Assembly (NCBI RefSeq): GCF_009914755.1
Contig: NC_060931.1
Length of the DNA stretch: 64,000 bases
From: the human T2T-CHM13v2.0 reference genome, Homo sapiens
Direction: 5' to 3' (one strand)
The notes under the pieces were generated by a model. That model did not search any database, was not told the DNA's origin, and worked only from the letters and a program-made list of their open reading frames with translations. The translations under genes were made by a program, and so were the position numbers. Positions 24,780 through 39,340 of this stretch are shown piece after piece (positions within the stretch are counted from its first letter, which is position 1; every line of letters starts with the position of its first letter).

Positions 24780-24970
24780 ATTAATATCACCGTTATTAAT
24801 AGCTTCTATTGAACGTGTTCGCTCTGCCAAGTATTATGCTGAGTGTTTTTTGGGGATTATTTATTTTCATCCTCAAAACAACCTTACAGCAGCTACTATT
24901 ACTGTGACTCAATTTGACAAATGTGGAAATCAAGGCTGAGAGACATCATAAAACTTTCCCATAGCCACAG
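24780..24970 (-). mobile_element. MIR
   Basis: tcctcaaaacaacctt...gacaaatgtggaaatcaaggctgagag. Confidence 0.65.
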
Positions 24971-25334
24971 TAAAAACTGCAGCTTCATGTGGGCTTGCTT
25001 AAGACCTAGAGTTTAAACACAAACAATTGATTACAAAACAAAAAGGGAAAATATCCAACACTAGAGCAATTGAAGACAAACACACTGAGGACACTGTTTG
25101 TTAATTTAAAACAAGGAAGGGGATAATTGAGCCTTATGAAAAAAACATGGTCTTCAAACTGTCCACAAGATGAGAGGTAGCCTTTAGTTTGGCCAGGTAC
25201 CTGGTCTGTGTCTTTCCTTTTAATGAAAAGATGCTAGCATTATTTCTAATCCAGTTGATTATAAAAGGGCTTGGCTCTGTGCTTAGTCAAAACCACAGCA
25301 GAAATGCGTAGGTTAAGTATTTATGAAAAGATTG

Positions 25335-25830
25335 GTTCACTCATCCAACTCATATTTATTGAGCAGTTGTAGCGTTAAGCACTGTTTTAGGTACGAGGAA
25401 TACAGCAGCAAGCAAGTGGATTTATAAAGAGGAGATCATAATTAAGTAAACAAATGACTAAGATACTTGCAGTTTATAAAAAGCGCTTTGCAGAAAACCA
25501 AGCAGAGTAATATGCTGGAATATAATCAGCATAGGGGAGGGAAATTGCAGTAGACAAGGAGGTGGAGAAGGAAGGCCTCCTTGACAAGGTGACATTTAAC
25601 CAAGTCCTAAATGATGAAGAGCTGGCCATGCAATAATCTGGACAAATAGTATCTCAGTCAGAGGAACTAGAAAATGCAAAGGCCATGAGGTAGAAATGAG
25701 CTTGGTATGCTCAAAGAACATTGAGTATGGTTAAAGTAAATTTGACAAGGGCTTAGTGATAGATGACGTGGTCAAATGACCAAGGACAAGCAGGGTTCAG
25801 ATCATGCAGGGCTTTGGAGGCAATGAGGTG
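25335..25830 (-). mobile_element. L2 fragment
   Basis: cactcatccaactcatatttattgagc...aagcactgttttaggtac...gaaggcctccttgacaaggtgacattt. Confidence 0.75.
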
Positions 25831-28800
25831 GCATTGCATTATGGAGAATAACCTACACAGAAGACACATAACAGAGCCCAATCCTCCAAGGTTCTAGAGA
25901 CTCATCCCATGCAGCGCTTAATTCACTGCCAAGGTCTTCTAGCCTGTGCCATCAACTTCCACTGGGAAAAGTATTATTACATTTTTCTCTACATGTGTTT
26001 TAAAATGCTCCACACATCATTATCAGGTGTTTACTTTATTTCTTTTGTGTTAGCCTTGGTCCTAGAAAAAAGCTAATGCTCATAAATAATCCATTTGTTT
26101 TTAATCTAATGGACACCAGAGTGACTATGCATCTATCATGTTTCCCTTTGTTTTAGTTGCTAAAGAGCTCAAAGCCCAAATTTGGTCCAGATTCACACGT
26201 TCACGAGGCTTTATGACATGTATTTTGTGAAAGTCTATGATATCTTGTTTAGTCTACTTCTCCTGACTTTATATTTGCTTACCTAAGATGTCTTCCTTAA
26301 TATATTATGTTTTCATTCATTGATCCATCCATCCATCCAAACCAATGCCCTAGCCTCATCCCCAAACAAATTAAATAAGATTCTGGAGAAGGAGGGGCAA
26401 GAATAGGATAGTTTGAATGTTTTCCAGGTGATTTAAACATACAGAGTTGAGAAGCACTGATTTAAATGTTAAATGTTTGCCATTCAGTATTTCATGACAT
26501 TCTACTCCCCAAAAGGATGTATTTGTAATTTACATTGAAAAGGTGAGGAAAGATTTCTTTACAAATAACATAATTATGTGCATGTAAAGTATAATGTCTT
26601 CTGGCCTTTATAGAAAGGTACAACTACAGAGTGAAAGAATGCTCTTGCAGAAGAAGATGGTGAGATGGCATTCTCAGTAGGATGCAGGACCACAAAAGGT
26701 TCCCTGGAATGTTCACTCAGGCTTTATCTCTTCCTTCTTCAGTGACTGAGGATGGGGTTTAAATGTCATCTTTGCTACTGAATTCCCAGTGCTTAGCATG
26801 GTGCCTGGTGCATAGCACACACTCGAAGTATTTGTTGACTAAATGAAATGTACCCTACGGGTGTGATTTATCCTATATGCAAGTGTAACCTTATCTGTAT
26901 GTATCTTCATCAGTCCTCAGCAAATTAAACAGGCATAAAATACAGAAAGTATATAAACTCTAAGTCTTATTCTGAAAGAGTAGTCATTTGACAAATGTTA
27001 GTTTCCTTAACCAATAACGTAGGTGAGTAAAAAGATGACTATTTTTACTACAGAGTGGGAAACTGAGGCAAGGAAGAGGAGAATTCATTCATACCCAGAA
27101 CCTGGTATCAATTTTAGAAAATAATTTATAAGCCCCTCACAGAATCCCCACTGAATCCATGGCAAATTTTCAATATTCAAAATAACCCCAAGTTGGAAAT
27201 AATTTTGATAAAAACTGAAGGTATTAAATGCTGGTTTGCTATAAGAGAGTATAAAATATTATCTGAGCAAGAGAAATTCATTTGACAACTGAGTCAGACC
27301 AATTTCCCATGGGAAATCTAGCTAAAAGCATACAAAAAACTGGTGGCGGGGGGTATATTTCAGAAACAAACCTGGTTTTTCCTCAACTGTAGCTATCGGG
27401 CAATTCAAGTTTACATGAATGAATGGTAGCCCTTCTGACATCATGATCTAATCAGATACGAGCCTATCCTACTGTATGATTTCTCTACAGCAATCATGTT
27501 CCAGCAGGTGGTCCTGCAGCTTTTCTACTCAATTTCCATCTCTTAGTCACATCTCTGAGATAGCTGACATTAGTGTGATCGACTGCATGACACCCAAAGT
27601 GGTACAACTCAAAATTTGTAGACTGAAACAAGCAAGCACATAAATAAGAAAAAAGAAAATATATTGACAGGAGGTAGGTCTTTTTAACTGCAATCAGATT
27701 CCTTTATATTTTCTGGGTGAAATTATCGGTATAGATGAAATTTTCGTATAACAAGAAAAAGGACTTGAGAACAGTTATTTTGTACATGCTCACAGCTTCC
27801 AACGACAGCAAGTATACAGAGAATTCACTTTTCAGGTCTTAGATTTAGCATCTACTAGGCTTCTTGACTAGTAGAAAGCAAGAGATGTGCGGTTCATTTC
27901 TGTTTCCTTTGGCTTCCCATGTCAGACTGTCTGTGGTGTTGGGACTTGGGATGAAAACAGCCAAGAGCAAGCAGCTAAGAGTTAAGGTAGAGCAGAGCCC
28001 TCGAGATCCATAAATTTGCTTCCTCCCAGTGGAGAGCCAGTTCTACCCCACAATGCATGTCCGTACAGTTTTGGGGAAATACATTGATTTCTTTGTCTTC
28101 CTGAATAATGATACTATAGGGTCTCAGTTAAAAACTGTATTGGGCTAATTATCCCTTGATATAATTTTCTGAAATGCCTACTTAAACTACCTACAACCAG
28201 AGAGAGAAAGAGAGAGAAAAAACAGAGAAAAGAGAGAGAAACTGACCAGAAAACCCAAAATACTATATGAATTTTGACTATTTCAAATCTCAGTTCTATA
28301 CAAGAACAAAGAAAGGTGCTTCTAGACATTTAAGAACATAGAAGGTGTTCCCGCTTCCTGAAAATTTTAGTCAAAGAAAGAAGTGCTCCAGCTGACAGAA
28401 AACTTCAATCAACATTAAAAACTCAAAAATGAGAAAAATATGTAAACGAATCATATACTGTAAATCTAAATATTCAGTATCAGAATAAAATATTCAAAAG
28501 AAAGGCCAAATACAAGACAATATTATATTATGATCCCAATTTGTCGGCAAAATTTTTACTTATACATATGTACAGAAAAGCAAATTACAAAGAATAACAT
28601 CAGAATTTTAATAATAGTTATATATGTCTAGAGAGGTAATTAGTAATTTTCATTTTCTTTTATATATATTTTTTATACTTCAGCATTTGTAACCTAAACA
28701 TGTTAGTCTTACACCAGAAAATAAATGTTAAAAAAAAGTACTAAATACTGAATGGAAATTAATCAATATTGATCAGACTTGAAAATTGTTATGTCCATAC

Positions 28801-31430
28801 ATCTTTAGTTGGCAATAGTGATTTTTAACTCTAAGGGCTATAAAAATATTTATTTAATCTTTCCTAATAATTATCAGTTCTTGCCTACCTAGTTTTGTAA
28901 ATCAGGTTGGTTAACAAAACCAAGACCCATTTCCAGTGCATTTACTAACAATACATGTTCAAGTGCCCCACGGAGGACAGCCTTTCTTGAAATCAGGGTC
29001 ATCTGGAAAAAAAGAGCAACAAACAAAACAGCCACCACCAACAGAAAACAGATGCGAACTAGATTTCTAATTAGCACCAGTCAACCAGTCAACAGCATTA
29101 CTGAGCTGCTAAGAATGTTATAAAATATTAGTTACAGGTTGCTATTTTCACCACCACCTTAACTTCGTATTCAAACCTTTAACCTTCTTTTCCAATTTGC
29201 ATACATAACAGCTACTACTTAGGTACCAACCTTGTGCAGGCTGCTTTCTCAGTGCTTTATAGGTATTACTTCTATTCACCTCAATTCTGCGATGTACATT
29301 ATCATCCCCAAAGTGAGTCTCAAAGAACCTATCTGAATTTGCCAAAAAAAAAAAAAAAAAACCTTGCAAGTCAAGACTCAATTCTCTCTCCCCTTCCCTG
29401 CTAATTGAAATGTGCCCTGATAACCAAACTATTCTCCCACAAGATATCCGTAACACCAGGCTCTGTGCCTTTGCCCAACCCCTTTCTTCTTGTTCCCATT
29501 TCTAAATATAACACCTCCTTCAGGTCTTAATCCCAGAAGTCTGCTACATGATGCCTTCCCAAACTCCCAAGCAAGGCTACAGACAACTTCTTTGTGCTTC
29601 CAAAATAGTTCAAACACACAGTTATCTCTATCCCCATACCAAATGCATTTAAAAATTATTAGCTGTTTATTTATCTGTTCTTTTTAAAGGGCCAGTTTTC
29701 TCCTGAAACTGTCAAATGCTTCCCCAGGTGATTAGTTTCTGAAGGTAATTTTAGTAAGCCAGATAATTGCAAACAAATTATTTTGAAGTACCTCTTTAAA
29801 TTGCATGTTGTCAGAAATTGAATTTTCAAGTGTAATGAGTGTAATTGATTATAAGAGAGTGTTTCTTTGCAGATGATGCAGTAGCTGCCATCGCTGCTTG
29901 CAATGCCTGCCAACAGGGAAGATTGAAATGTTTAAAGCATTTGAATGGACTAGGAGAGGGTGCACTTAAAATATGGAAGGTGTTGGCTCCCTCCATAGCT
30001 CAGGGTGCAACATCTGTCCTGAAATGATAAGGGTTCAATTATGCCCTAAAAGTGCCATAAATATAAACCCTTTGCCTCACCTGAAATGAGCAGCCACTTG
30101 AACAGAATTTTATGGACAAGTCACAAAATTGGACAGAATTTTGTGAACAAGCCTTTGAATAACTCCAACAGTGAGGCTGCTGCTTTCCTACACTAGAAGC
30201 AGAACCCCCAGCCCCAACCCAATATATGGGAACCAACACTGCTAGAACATGCTCTTACCCACCGTCCCCACCCTTCTCACCTGGTATACTGACACCAGGA
30301 GGGTAAAAATGTGAGATGTTGTGTTTGGGGAGGGGATAATGTGTTTTTGTCTGATGTGAGGGCCTAGGGCTTAGACTGGTGGTGCTGGTGGCAACTTCAG
30401 GGCTTTGACTGAACTTCCATTCTTCCTTTGAATGAAATTCTGTAGTAATGTCTCTTCCCTTCCCCTGCCACAAGATTGTGAGTTTTGAGGGCAAGGATGT
30501 CTGTTACTCATCTCTGTACCCTGGGCACCGGGCACAACCTGGCACACAGTAGGCATGCAATAGATGTTAGCAAAAACTGACTCTTGTTGAAGGCTCACCT
30601 CTAGGAAGCCCAGTCCCCTCACTGGGCTCCCAGAGCCACCATGTCTTTGTCCCTACCTGGAATCAGACATCACAGTGTCAGACCCCTTATCTCAGGTTTG
30701 CGCTACCTGTGCACAAGGGCATCTCTCCCTAGTATGATAATGTAGAATGTACCGATCATGGAGGACATGCTCAGTAGTCACAAATGCACATATGAACAAA
30801 GGAATGTAAGCTTTCCAAATCATACAAATTTCCATATTTTTCTGTTGATAGTACCAAGGGCCACAACTTTTAGTTTTGATGATGTCTGCTTCAGGGAATT
30901 TCTGTTTACCGACAATTTACCATCATCTCAGAAGATCAGTTATATGGTTTGAGCAATGAGTGAAGGGAAACTGAGAATATGAAAGGAATATAAAAATGCC
31001 TGTAAGAAAATTAAAGCTCCTTATATCCCAACATAATGGCCAAGGCAAGGTGGCTATTAGCGGGTCTTTACTTAGGTAAAAGAAGAAATAAAAGCCTCAC
31101 AGTTGTGCCACATGATATCAAGTGAAAACGACAAGATGTTTAGCAGAAATCAAGAAATAATAACACCCATGTCCTGTAGAGTCTTCATACTAGAAAAAGG
31201 AGTTTAGTCTCACAGCATAAAGGGAATCATGTCAGGAGGCTTGCAGGTCTGCTGCATTTTATCATGCATTGATTCGTAGATATTATGAAGATCAAAAGAT
31301 GGTAGATTCTAATATTCGGCAATTTGAATCTGCATCCTGAGCAACTGTGCTTTATTTGTAACACACATAACTCAGAGAGGACAACCTTGTTTTATGCTGA
31401 ATTGGTTTGGACAGGTCTGTGGCATGTTAC

Positions 31431-31606
31431 CTTTGGGTACCTTGGCCCTCCATCTCTCCCGATTGATGTGCACCACTTCCGTCCAAGTAGCTTTAAAGCT
31501 CTTATAGTCAACGGAGATGACAGAATTGTTGATCGGGGCACTTCCCTCTGAACCAGAGGTCTTGACACCTGATCGCTTGGCATCTGACGAGCTGATGCTA
31601 TTCAAA
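31431..31606 (-). CDS. PDE1C: PDE1C coding exon (176 nt): LNSISSSDAKRSGVKTSGSEGSAPINNSVISVDYKSFKATWTEVVHINRERWRAKVPK
   Basis: ttccag|TTTGAAT ... CAAAG|gtaac; lies inside ORF 31372..31665. Confidence 0.97.
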
Positions 31607-32569
31607 CTGGAAAACAAAAAAATCATACCAAAGAAGAGAGTTAGTGTTTGGAAAATGTCTGCCAATGAGCAAGCCCAGAGGAGGAATGGTTAGCACTCCT
31701 AAAGTTATTGCTGTGAAATATCTGGATCCTGAGGTTTATAATTATTCTATTTTCCACATATGACCGGTGGGAAATTCTGAATTTTCAGCAGGAAAAACAT
31801 CAACATTGCAGTCTCAAGAGTCTCTATATTCTTCATATTTATTCTTTGCTATTTGGCCTCTTCTTTTTTCCCCATAACCAGAATCCCCTCATGTGAATTT
31901 TCTCTGCTCTGTTCTCTGAAACTGACTAATTTGAACTGGGACATCTACTTAATTCCACAGTTCACCTACCTGCTTCCACACTGACCACTTTTCCAAGTTA
32001 CCTAGCAACTTGCTCCTCTTTCTTTCCAGCTCTACCATTCCCCTGCAAGGGTCTTTCTGATCCCAGCATACCCAAGTCCAGGGGAAGTGATAATTTCCTT
32101 AAGTTGCTGGAAGAAGATGGAAATGCGGACAGCATGGAGATTGTGAGGGACTAGGTCATGCAAAAGACCTTATGGGTAACTTTGTAAATATTAGAAAGCA
32201 CCATCTTTCTGGAAAATCTCAAAGAAGTAACTACTGCTACCAAGTGGTTAAAGAAGTGACTGGTAGGAATACAAATTCATGATGGACTAGACAAGCAGAA
32301 TATATTTCAGTCACTGCCTGAAGAGCTGTGGGGCCATGGGGACTCTGGCAGGGGGCTCTGTCCTCCTTGTTAGCAAACTTAAGAGGGTCTATCCATCTGG
32401 AGCATCCCTGGGGTCCCCTGTCCTAACGCCTGTCTTTCTTTACTCCTTTTCCTGCTCTTTGCTTCTTCTTTTCCTATTCATTCCACTTCTCTTCTTCCTC
32501 CTTTATGACAAAGCCCACTGTTCTACATGAACAAGGAGATTAGTAGTAGTCGTAATAGTAGTAGTATAT

Positions 32570-32770
32570 CTAATAAAGACTTTATGGTAGCTAGCACTTC
32601 CTCTGTTCTAGATCCTGTTGTAAGGTTTAACATATTTTTAATAACTTATTTCGTCTTCCCAGTCACCTCTGAGTATTATAATCCACGTTTTCTCAGATGG
32701 GGGAAGTGAGACAATTGGCCTGCGATTGCACAGCTAGTAAGTGATGAGGTCAGGAGTAAGTGATGAGGAG
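32570..32770 (-). mobile_element. MIR
   Basis: ttataatccacgttttctcagatggggaagtgagac...cacagctagtaagtg. Confidence 0.7.
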
Positions 32771-33224
32771 CTGCCCTTGATATAATGATGTGGTGGTAGA
32801 AGGTGATTTCAAGCTTTCGATTCTTTTTCTCTACTTCATTCTTTGTGCAAACCTTGAAATGAAAGTCAGTTTCATTTCTTTGTAAGTATTCTTGATGAGT
32901 GGTACTGTCTTTGTGGAGTATTACATGAGCAAGGATTGTCTGGGCACAGCAGGTAAACATGCAGCAAATAGGGTGGCAGGGGGGCAGCACCAGGTGCCTG
33001 CTGGTCACGATTTAGACCTTGGTCACCCTTTACAGTTTAGCCTGGAGAGTACGGATAATACAATTTCAACTCCTCTGAGAAAAGGAAAGAGGCAGACAAA
33101 TTTTTCTGAGAAGGAGCTAAGGCAAATGCCATTATGAAATACCATCCCCATCCCCAGCAAAAGAAGAATTCTATCCTCAAGGACAGGCCAACCTCACCCT
33201 CAGCCCTCAAGCTTCCCCACTGAC

Positions 33225-33345
33225 CTCGAACGCCTCTGTCCTGTCCCACCAGTTTGAGAGGTTTCATCGATTAATGGACTCACAATCTTCTCGGTCATGT
33301 CCGTAAGCACAGTGAAGGTGGGTTCCACGATGAAATCAATGAAAC
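33225..33345 (-). CDS. PDE1C: PDE1C coding exon (121 nt): (G)FIDFIVEPTFTVLTDMTEKIVSPLIDETSQTGGTGQRRS
   Basis: ttcag|GTTTC ... TCGAG|gtcagt. Confidence 0.97.
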
Positions 33346-33569
33346 CTGAAGAGAAACAGCAATGCTTCAGAGGAACCACATATTACCTTGGGCCTTTCCA
33401 TACTTTCCAGAAGAAACTGATCTAGAAGTTCCAGATCAGATTAAAAGAGAATGGCTTGATCTTATGTACTGTATGTATTCCTTGATTTGAATATTACATG
33501 TCAGTTTCATTTCTCCTACATAACTTCCTATGACTTTTCAGGATACAGTTCAATAAAGTGCCTAAGAAA

Positions 33570-34400
33570 TATACACTCAACACCCACTATAGAACAAGCA
33601 CTGTGATAAGAGCTGTGTAAAAGACCAAGACTGAATAACACAACCTGCCTGAAGTTGTGACATTTGAGCTGAACCCTTAAGAATGGGTGGAGAGGAAGAT
33701 GTGGCTATTCACTCTGGGCGGTGGGAATGGAAAAAGCCAAGTGACAGAGATGGGAGGGTGTAAGATGTGTCTGGGGACTGACTAGGGAATAGGGATTCTT
33801 TTGGATTTGGGGAAGGAAAGCTTGGGAAGGCAGGTTATCGACAGCTCTAGGAAGGGAGGCTTCTAAGTGTTCAGATAGAGGGTTGGGACTTAGGTGGACA
33901 CTGGAGGCTCCTGGAGATGTTTGAGCCGCATTGTCATAAGAGTTTTTAAATGTTCTTTGGAAAGTTAATCTGGCAAGATAGATAAGAAGGAAGAAAGCAG
34001 GAAGGGAGAAGGATGAGAAAATCATTTAGAAGCTATTGCAATTGTTTAAACAAAAGATAAAGAAGGCTGGAACCAGTGCCACTATAAAGTGGAAATGCAA
34101 AGCAGGCACAGATACCTGCACAGCAGGAGGTGGTACTGCCTCTGTATGGGATCTGCCAAAGACACTCCAACAACAAAGCAGGGAAAACAGGAAATAGAAG
34201 GAGAATATGGCCAAGAAAAGACAATGGGCTCAGTTTCAGATTTGCTGACTTTGAGGTACAGGGGGGCACATCTAGATGGGAGAGGGCAAACAGAGTTGGA
34301 AGAAACAGGATTGGAAAGTGGAAGAGGGCTCAGGCCTAGAACTATACCTTTGTATAGTGATAGAGAGATGGCTGAAGTCGGGCTACAGAGATTGTCCCAA
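33570..34400 (-). mobile_element. L2 fragment
   Basis: Purine-rich degenerate L2 (gtgacatttgagctgaaccctt...gactttgagg). Confidence 0.6.
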
Positions 34401-34512
34401 CAGCTCAGACACCCAAATGTTCTGCGACAATCAGGAGAGAAAATAGGAGCTGAAGCTAGTGGGGATGCTGGTAATTCATTACACAGTCACATGAAAACCG
34501 GAAGGAAACTAA

Positions 34513-34725
34513 ATATCAACCAGAGGAAATGTTGTCCATTCTCCTTCGAAGGGCATGTTTGGAAATGTATGAATGCATATTTAGTTTTCACAATGGCCCA
34601 GGTAGAGGTAAAGCTGGCATTAATGCCCAGCAGTAAAGGATGTTAAAAGTCCTACAATGTAATTGACAAAACAAGAATTGTCTCAACCAAATACCAATAG
34701 TATCGTGATTGATAAGGAAACAGTG
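34513..34725. mobile_element. MER20-like hAT element
   Basis: gggcatgtttggaaatgt...ctggcattaatg...ggatgttaaaagtcctacaatg...acaagaattgtctcaaccaaataccaatagt. Confidence 0.6.
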
Positions 34726-34859
34726 ATAGCCAAAAGTGTATTATGGTTAATACAGTGTTGTAATTGTGTATGTGTAGTATGTATTGTGTATTATGGTTAA
34801 TTATAGTGTAGTTTTAAGCTGAAACTAAAGTATTTGATGACACCATTTTTGCCTTTTTT

Positions 34860-35950
34860 TTCCTGACAAATTAAGCTCAACATGTCCAAACCAGAACTAA
34901 CTCATAAGCTTCCCCACAACCTTTGTAAATGGGATCATGGTCCAACCACTTAATGTAGAGTTCTGCCTTTATCTCAGCTTTGCGTTCAGCCAAATCCTTG
35001 ATACCTTATGTGCCACCTCTCTTCTGGAGAGGCCCCGTTACTACCTTAGTTCTGATATTCATCATCTCTTCTTTGTAATCCTGTAGGAGGCAGTCAACTA
35101 CTTTCCTTGCCTCTAATCTTACTGAAAATCCTCCAATTAATCCTCTATGCTACTGGCAAAGAAATCTTCTAAAAACAGGGTAGGCAAACTTTATCTGTAA
35201 AGGACCAGATAGTTATTTTAGACTTTGCAGGCCATATCATCGCTATCAAAACCACTTAACTCTGCCACTAAAGTGCTAAAGCAGCCATAGACAATATGTA
35301 AATGAATGCACTTAGCTATGTTGTAATAAAACTTTATTTACAAGAACAGGTGGTGGGCCAGATTAAGCCCACAGGCTAAAACATAAATTTATATATTTTT
35401 AACCTCACTTAAAATTCTTTAGATATGCCCTCATTTCCTACAAGAAAGTATAAACACATGCTATTATTAACACTATATAAAATCTGGGCTTGATACGTCC
35501 CTCACTACATCCTACTCCGTACCCAATGTTCTTGCCATATGGAAATGTTTAGAATTTGCTGACCATACCAGGCAGTTTTAAGTTTCCCTGCTTTGTATAT
35601 GCTACATTCTCTGCCTGGAATACCCTTCTACCCACCCCTAGCTCACCTCCAACACAGATCACCATTTGCCCAGACAATGCCTACTCACTTCTTGGGACTC
35701 AATTCAAATATTATCCCTTAATAAACCTAATGGTTCACACACTCTGTTGTGTACCTTATCGTACTAGGTACAAAAGTCTACCTTGGCATTATAACATTCT
35801 AATAGATTTTTGTTTTTGTAACATTTTGCCCATCACCCAATACTGGTTTAATGTCTTTGAGAGCAGGTACCATATATAATTTGTCTTTGTTCCTATAACA
35901 TCTATTATCATGTCTAGCAGTGCCCAATATATGAAGACTCAATATACATT
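34860..35950 (+). mobile_element. L2 fragment interrupted by MER58A
   Basis: ctcaacatgtccaaaccagaact...ctgcctggaataccctt...actcaatatacatt. Confidence 0.7.
35176..35376. mobile_element. MER58A
   Basis: cagggtaggcaaactttatctgtaaaggaccagatag...aaagcagccatagacaatatgtaaatgaatg. Confidence 0.88.
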
Positions 35951-36649
35951 ATAAAAAAAGCATAAGCACTCAAAACACAAGTAGAAAAATGCCTAATTCT
36001 TATTGAATTTTCTTAAATGACTTCAGACTCTTCAAAGGTGGAGATCACTGACAACATTTAACTTAGATAGGGCACTGGTGTCCTCTCCCACAGATGAAGA
36101 TTTTTAAAATGCATATATTATGGTTATTAGCAATTCAAAAGTTATTCTTACCTTAAAAAAGTGCTTTAAAGAAAAGAAAGGATGGAAGGAAGACAGGAAA
36201 CAAGGAAGAAAACATTTTAAAAGATCCATTCATGGAAGTAGATTCAACAAGGAAATGGGGCTGTCCTGAAAACAGGGCTAGGAGAAGCATCAGTGAGTAG
36301 AAATGCCTTGTTAGCTTACAGTCCTGCATGCAGAATGGCGGGATGGAGTAGAATGGGCTTCCTGCCAATGACACTTGTTATGTCCTTGGAAAGTTGGGGC
36401 CCCCTCTTTCTCTTGACAGGGAATGACAGAGACACCAAGAGTATCATTGTCCAATTCTCCCATGAACAAGCCACATTCCAGGGAAAAGAATGGACAGAGT
36501 GGTTCCATAAATTGAATCAGGCAGAGCCATGAGCACAACATGGCAGAATGGAGCCAGTTTCCCAGCCAAAGAACCACTGGGATCATCTGTGCTTACTTCT
36601 ACAGGCTTCCTGCTTTGGTGCTTCTATCCAAAGAGCTGCAAACACGTAC

Positions 36650-36731
36650 CTACTTGTGACTGAGCAACCATAGTGGACTTTCGGTCACACAGAGGAGAAA
36701 AAGGCAGCCCCAGCTCTGCTTCTCTGTCACC
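36650..36731 (-). CDS. PDE1C: PDE1C coding exon (82 nt): GDREAELGLPFSPLCDRKSTMVAQSQV (invariant purine-binding Gln)
   Basis: ttccag|GGTGAC ... GTAG|gtacgt. Confidence 0.97.
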
Positions 36732-37499
36732 CTGGAAAAATAAAAGGTCATAGTAAATTAAGGAACAGTAGGCTGGGTCACCCAGATTTCATTTAGCAAC
36801 TTCTGCCGCCACGGAGGCCACTGGTCTTTATTTTAATTATTACAATTACATTATAAAATAAGTCTTTATGGAGCCTGCTTCTCTACATAAAAGACACCAA
36901 AAGGCTGAAGCCCTCTGGGATCCAATAGTTCCACCCAACTGCAAAGTTCATGTTGCTGTAAAGAAAGCCTCATTGGGCAGTACTAGGACCTCCATGGAAA
37001 ATAAGGCAACAGGCAATATGTCTTGTGGCCTGCAGCCAGCACTGCAGGCAGAATTTCTGTGTTTTCTCAAGTCATCCTGGGTCAACCTGTGGCCATTGTT
37101 TAGCTAATGAACTCCTCCCAGATGTGGGCAGTGTCTGAAACTAAAATTCAAACTGGACTGATTCAGACTGATTCTTCTAGTGCTACCTAAAGCCACACAC
37201 ACTTGGAGCAAGTGCTTCTGGGTTTTTAACCTCAGAGACCAGTCCATAATGAAAAGTGGACCAAAAAGAGAATAAATAATTGCTTGTGTCTATGAAGTTA
37301 GACAACAATAAAACACAATTGTCTAACCAATATATTCTCAATCTCACCAAAAAGCACCACCATAATAAGCATTATGAAGAGTCTAAATAATAATGGAGAT
37401 GTTTTCTAAAAACTTGGGCCAGAGGCTTAATACTTGTCATACCCCCAGAGGAAAGGAAAAATAATATGTCACCCTTCTTATAGTAGTGAAGCTGTGCTA

Positions 37500-37690
37500 A
37501 TTCATTTTACTGGCTCAGGATAATAGCTACTGACTTGTGCTTGAATCCCTTTCTCCTACTAGATGTGAGATAGATCACAGGTAAGTTATTTTCCTTCCAT
37601 ACATTTTAGTTTTTATCACTTGCTAAATGTGAGATAGTAATCTCTACCTCATAGGGTTATAAGGATGAAAGAGGAAAATGCATGTAAATA
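37500..37690 (+). mobile_element. MIR
   Basis: ggtaagttattt...gagatagtaatctctacctcatagggttat. Confidence 0.6.
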
Positions 37691-38959
37691 AATAAAAAGA
37701 ACTACTGTTGTTTCCCAACAGGTGGCTCTAATATTTAAGGCCAAGACTCGAGAAACCTTTAGTGAATTTGTTCACCTAATACACTCCGATTGTAATAAGT
37801 ACTGTCAATAAATTAATGTAATAGCAAATAAAGGGTAGTAACAACCTGCAACCAGGCCTGGTTCAAAACTGGATGATTCTTCCTTCTAAGGCATGCTACC
37901 AAAGAGAATGGATATTGGCTCACATGTAGCATTAACTGAAAGGACGGAAAAGGGGTGTGTGTCTGAGGCAGCTCAACAGTGGGGTCACAATGGGAGCTGG
38001 GGACATCCAAGGGTCTCAGGAATAGTCCCTAAGTGGCTCAGTTCCTTCTGCACCCTCTTCCTATATAGACACCCCAGCGGACACAATGGCTTCTTTATTT
38101 CAAGTACGCACTACTGAAAACTGCTCTCTCAAGTGGCATGATAAAAATGATTTCCTCCTGAGTGATTTCTACCTAGGTGATATGTAGAAAAGGAAGTGCA
38201 TTTATAACATAAATTCTAGTGGTGTAGATGGTTTGGTGGGATAGTTCAGCTAAAACAAACAAAACCCTTTTTATTCCCATGTAGCAGGGATACAAATTGT
38301 TCTGTCAGTACATTTTAATGGGGAGGGTGTGAACACTCTCCATGACTATTAAAATATAAACACTAATTTGGATTTCATTACTGAACAATCACCTGATACT
38401 AAATAACTCCTAATTCCACGAACTTGTCTATACCCAAATATACACATAATTTACATGCTTTGTATTTAATTGAGCTGTGTAGACTCGACTAATAAAAGCT
38501 TATTTTTAAAACAGAGGTACTTGAATTCCCTTTGGAAAGCAGATATACTTACGAATTGAAAAAAAAAAACAGTGCTGATAATGTAGAGGAATAAACTTCT
38601 ACTCATGAGTCCAACTTGAGTGATAACACAATACTGTATGACTCTATAGCTATAGCTTAAAATTATTCATACACTTCCTCTTTATTGAAGAGGTCAACAT
38701 TTTCAAAAGAGGGCAAAAGTCTCTATTTACACAAAGGATTTTTAAAAACTCACTCATTTTTTTTTCTTCCAGGACAGCGCAGAAAAATAAGTATCATTCC
38801 TGCAGTAGGGGTTAAGATAACTCCAACTGATAAAGCCACATAGTTGGCACACAGAAGGAAGATAATGAATATTTGTTGAATAAATGAAAAGACTAATTTG
38901 GTTAGAAACACTCAAGTTCCTTTGGCCACTCAGACATTCATGACAGACAAACTAAAGAC

Positions 38960-39340
38960 AGCAGTTAGGCAGGTAGCTGTTCACCAAATCCCTATTCTTC
39001 TCCTCCTCCATTTCCTGTCTACACAGCTAGACCCCATTGCCTAGAATCACTGCCAGTTAGTGCTCAATAACAGAACGAGAGAAGGGATGCATTTCTACCA
39101 CAGTTCAGGCCTACAATATCTCTTATGCCTACTTCTCCATGTTTTCCCCAGTTTGCTGGTTTGATGTAGACAAGCACTTTGGAAGCAAGGTAGATGGCAG
39201 AATACGGTCTAAAATCATTGCTTATCATAGAACCATCTGCTAATCAAGAAACATGAGTCCTATACTGTACATGAGTGAGTTCAAAACTTCTGTTTATGTG
39301 TGTTGTTATACATTTGGGGGTAGCTATATGTAAGCAGCAA
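38960..39340 (+). mobile_element. Old MaLR LTR (MLT1-like)
   Basis: gttcaccaaatccctattctt...cacagctagaccccattgcctag...catttgggggtagctatatgtaagcagc. Confidence 0.5.

Noticed and set aside
31372-31430. Donor read-through extensions of the 176-nt exon (and NGE* after the 231-nt exon)
   Set aside because: Expected short intronic continuations; canonical donors present and no convincing 3' end architecture noticed
34089-34646. Longest ORF in the track (185 aa, +)
   Set aside because: Lies over degenerate L2/MER20-like sequence with no recognisable domain; chance ORF
34736-34801. 16-bp direct repeat gtgtattatggttaat spaced 50 bp apart
   Set aside because: Low-complexity TG/TA context; likely slippage
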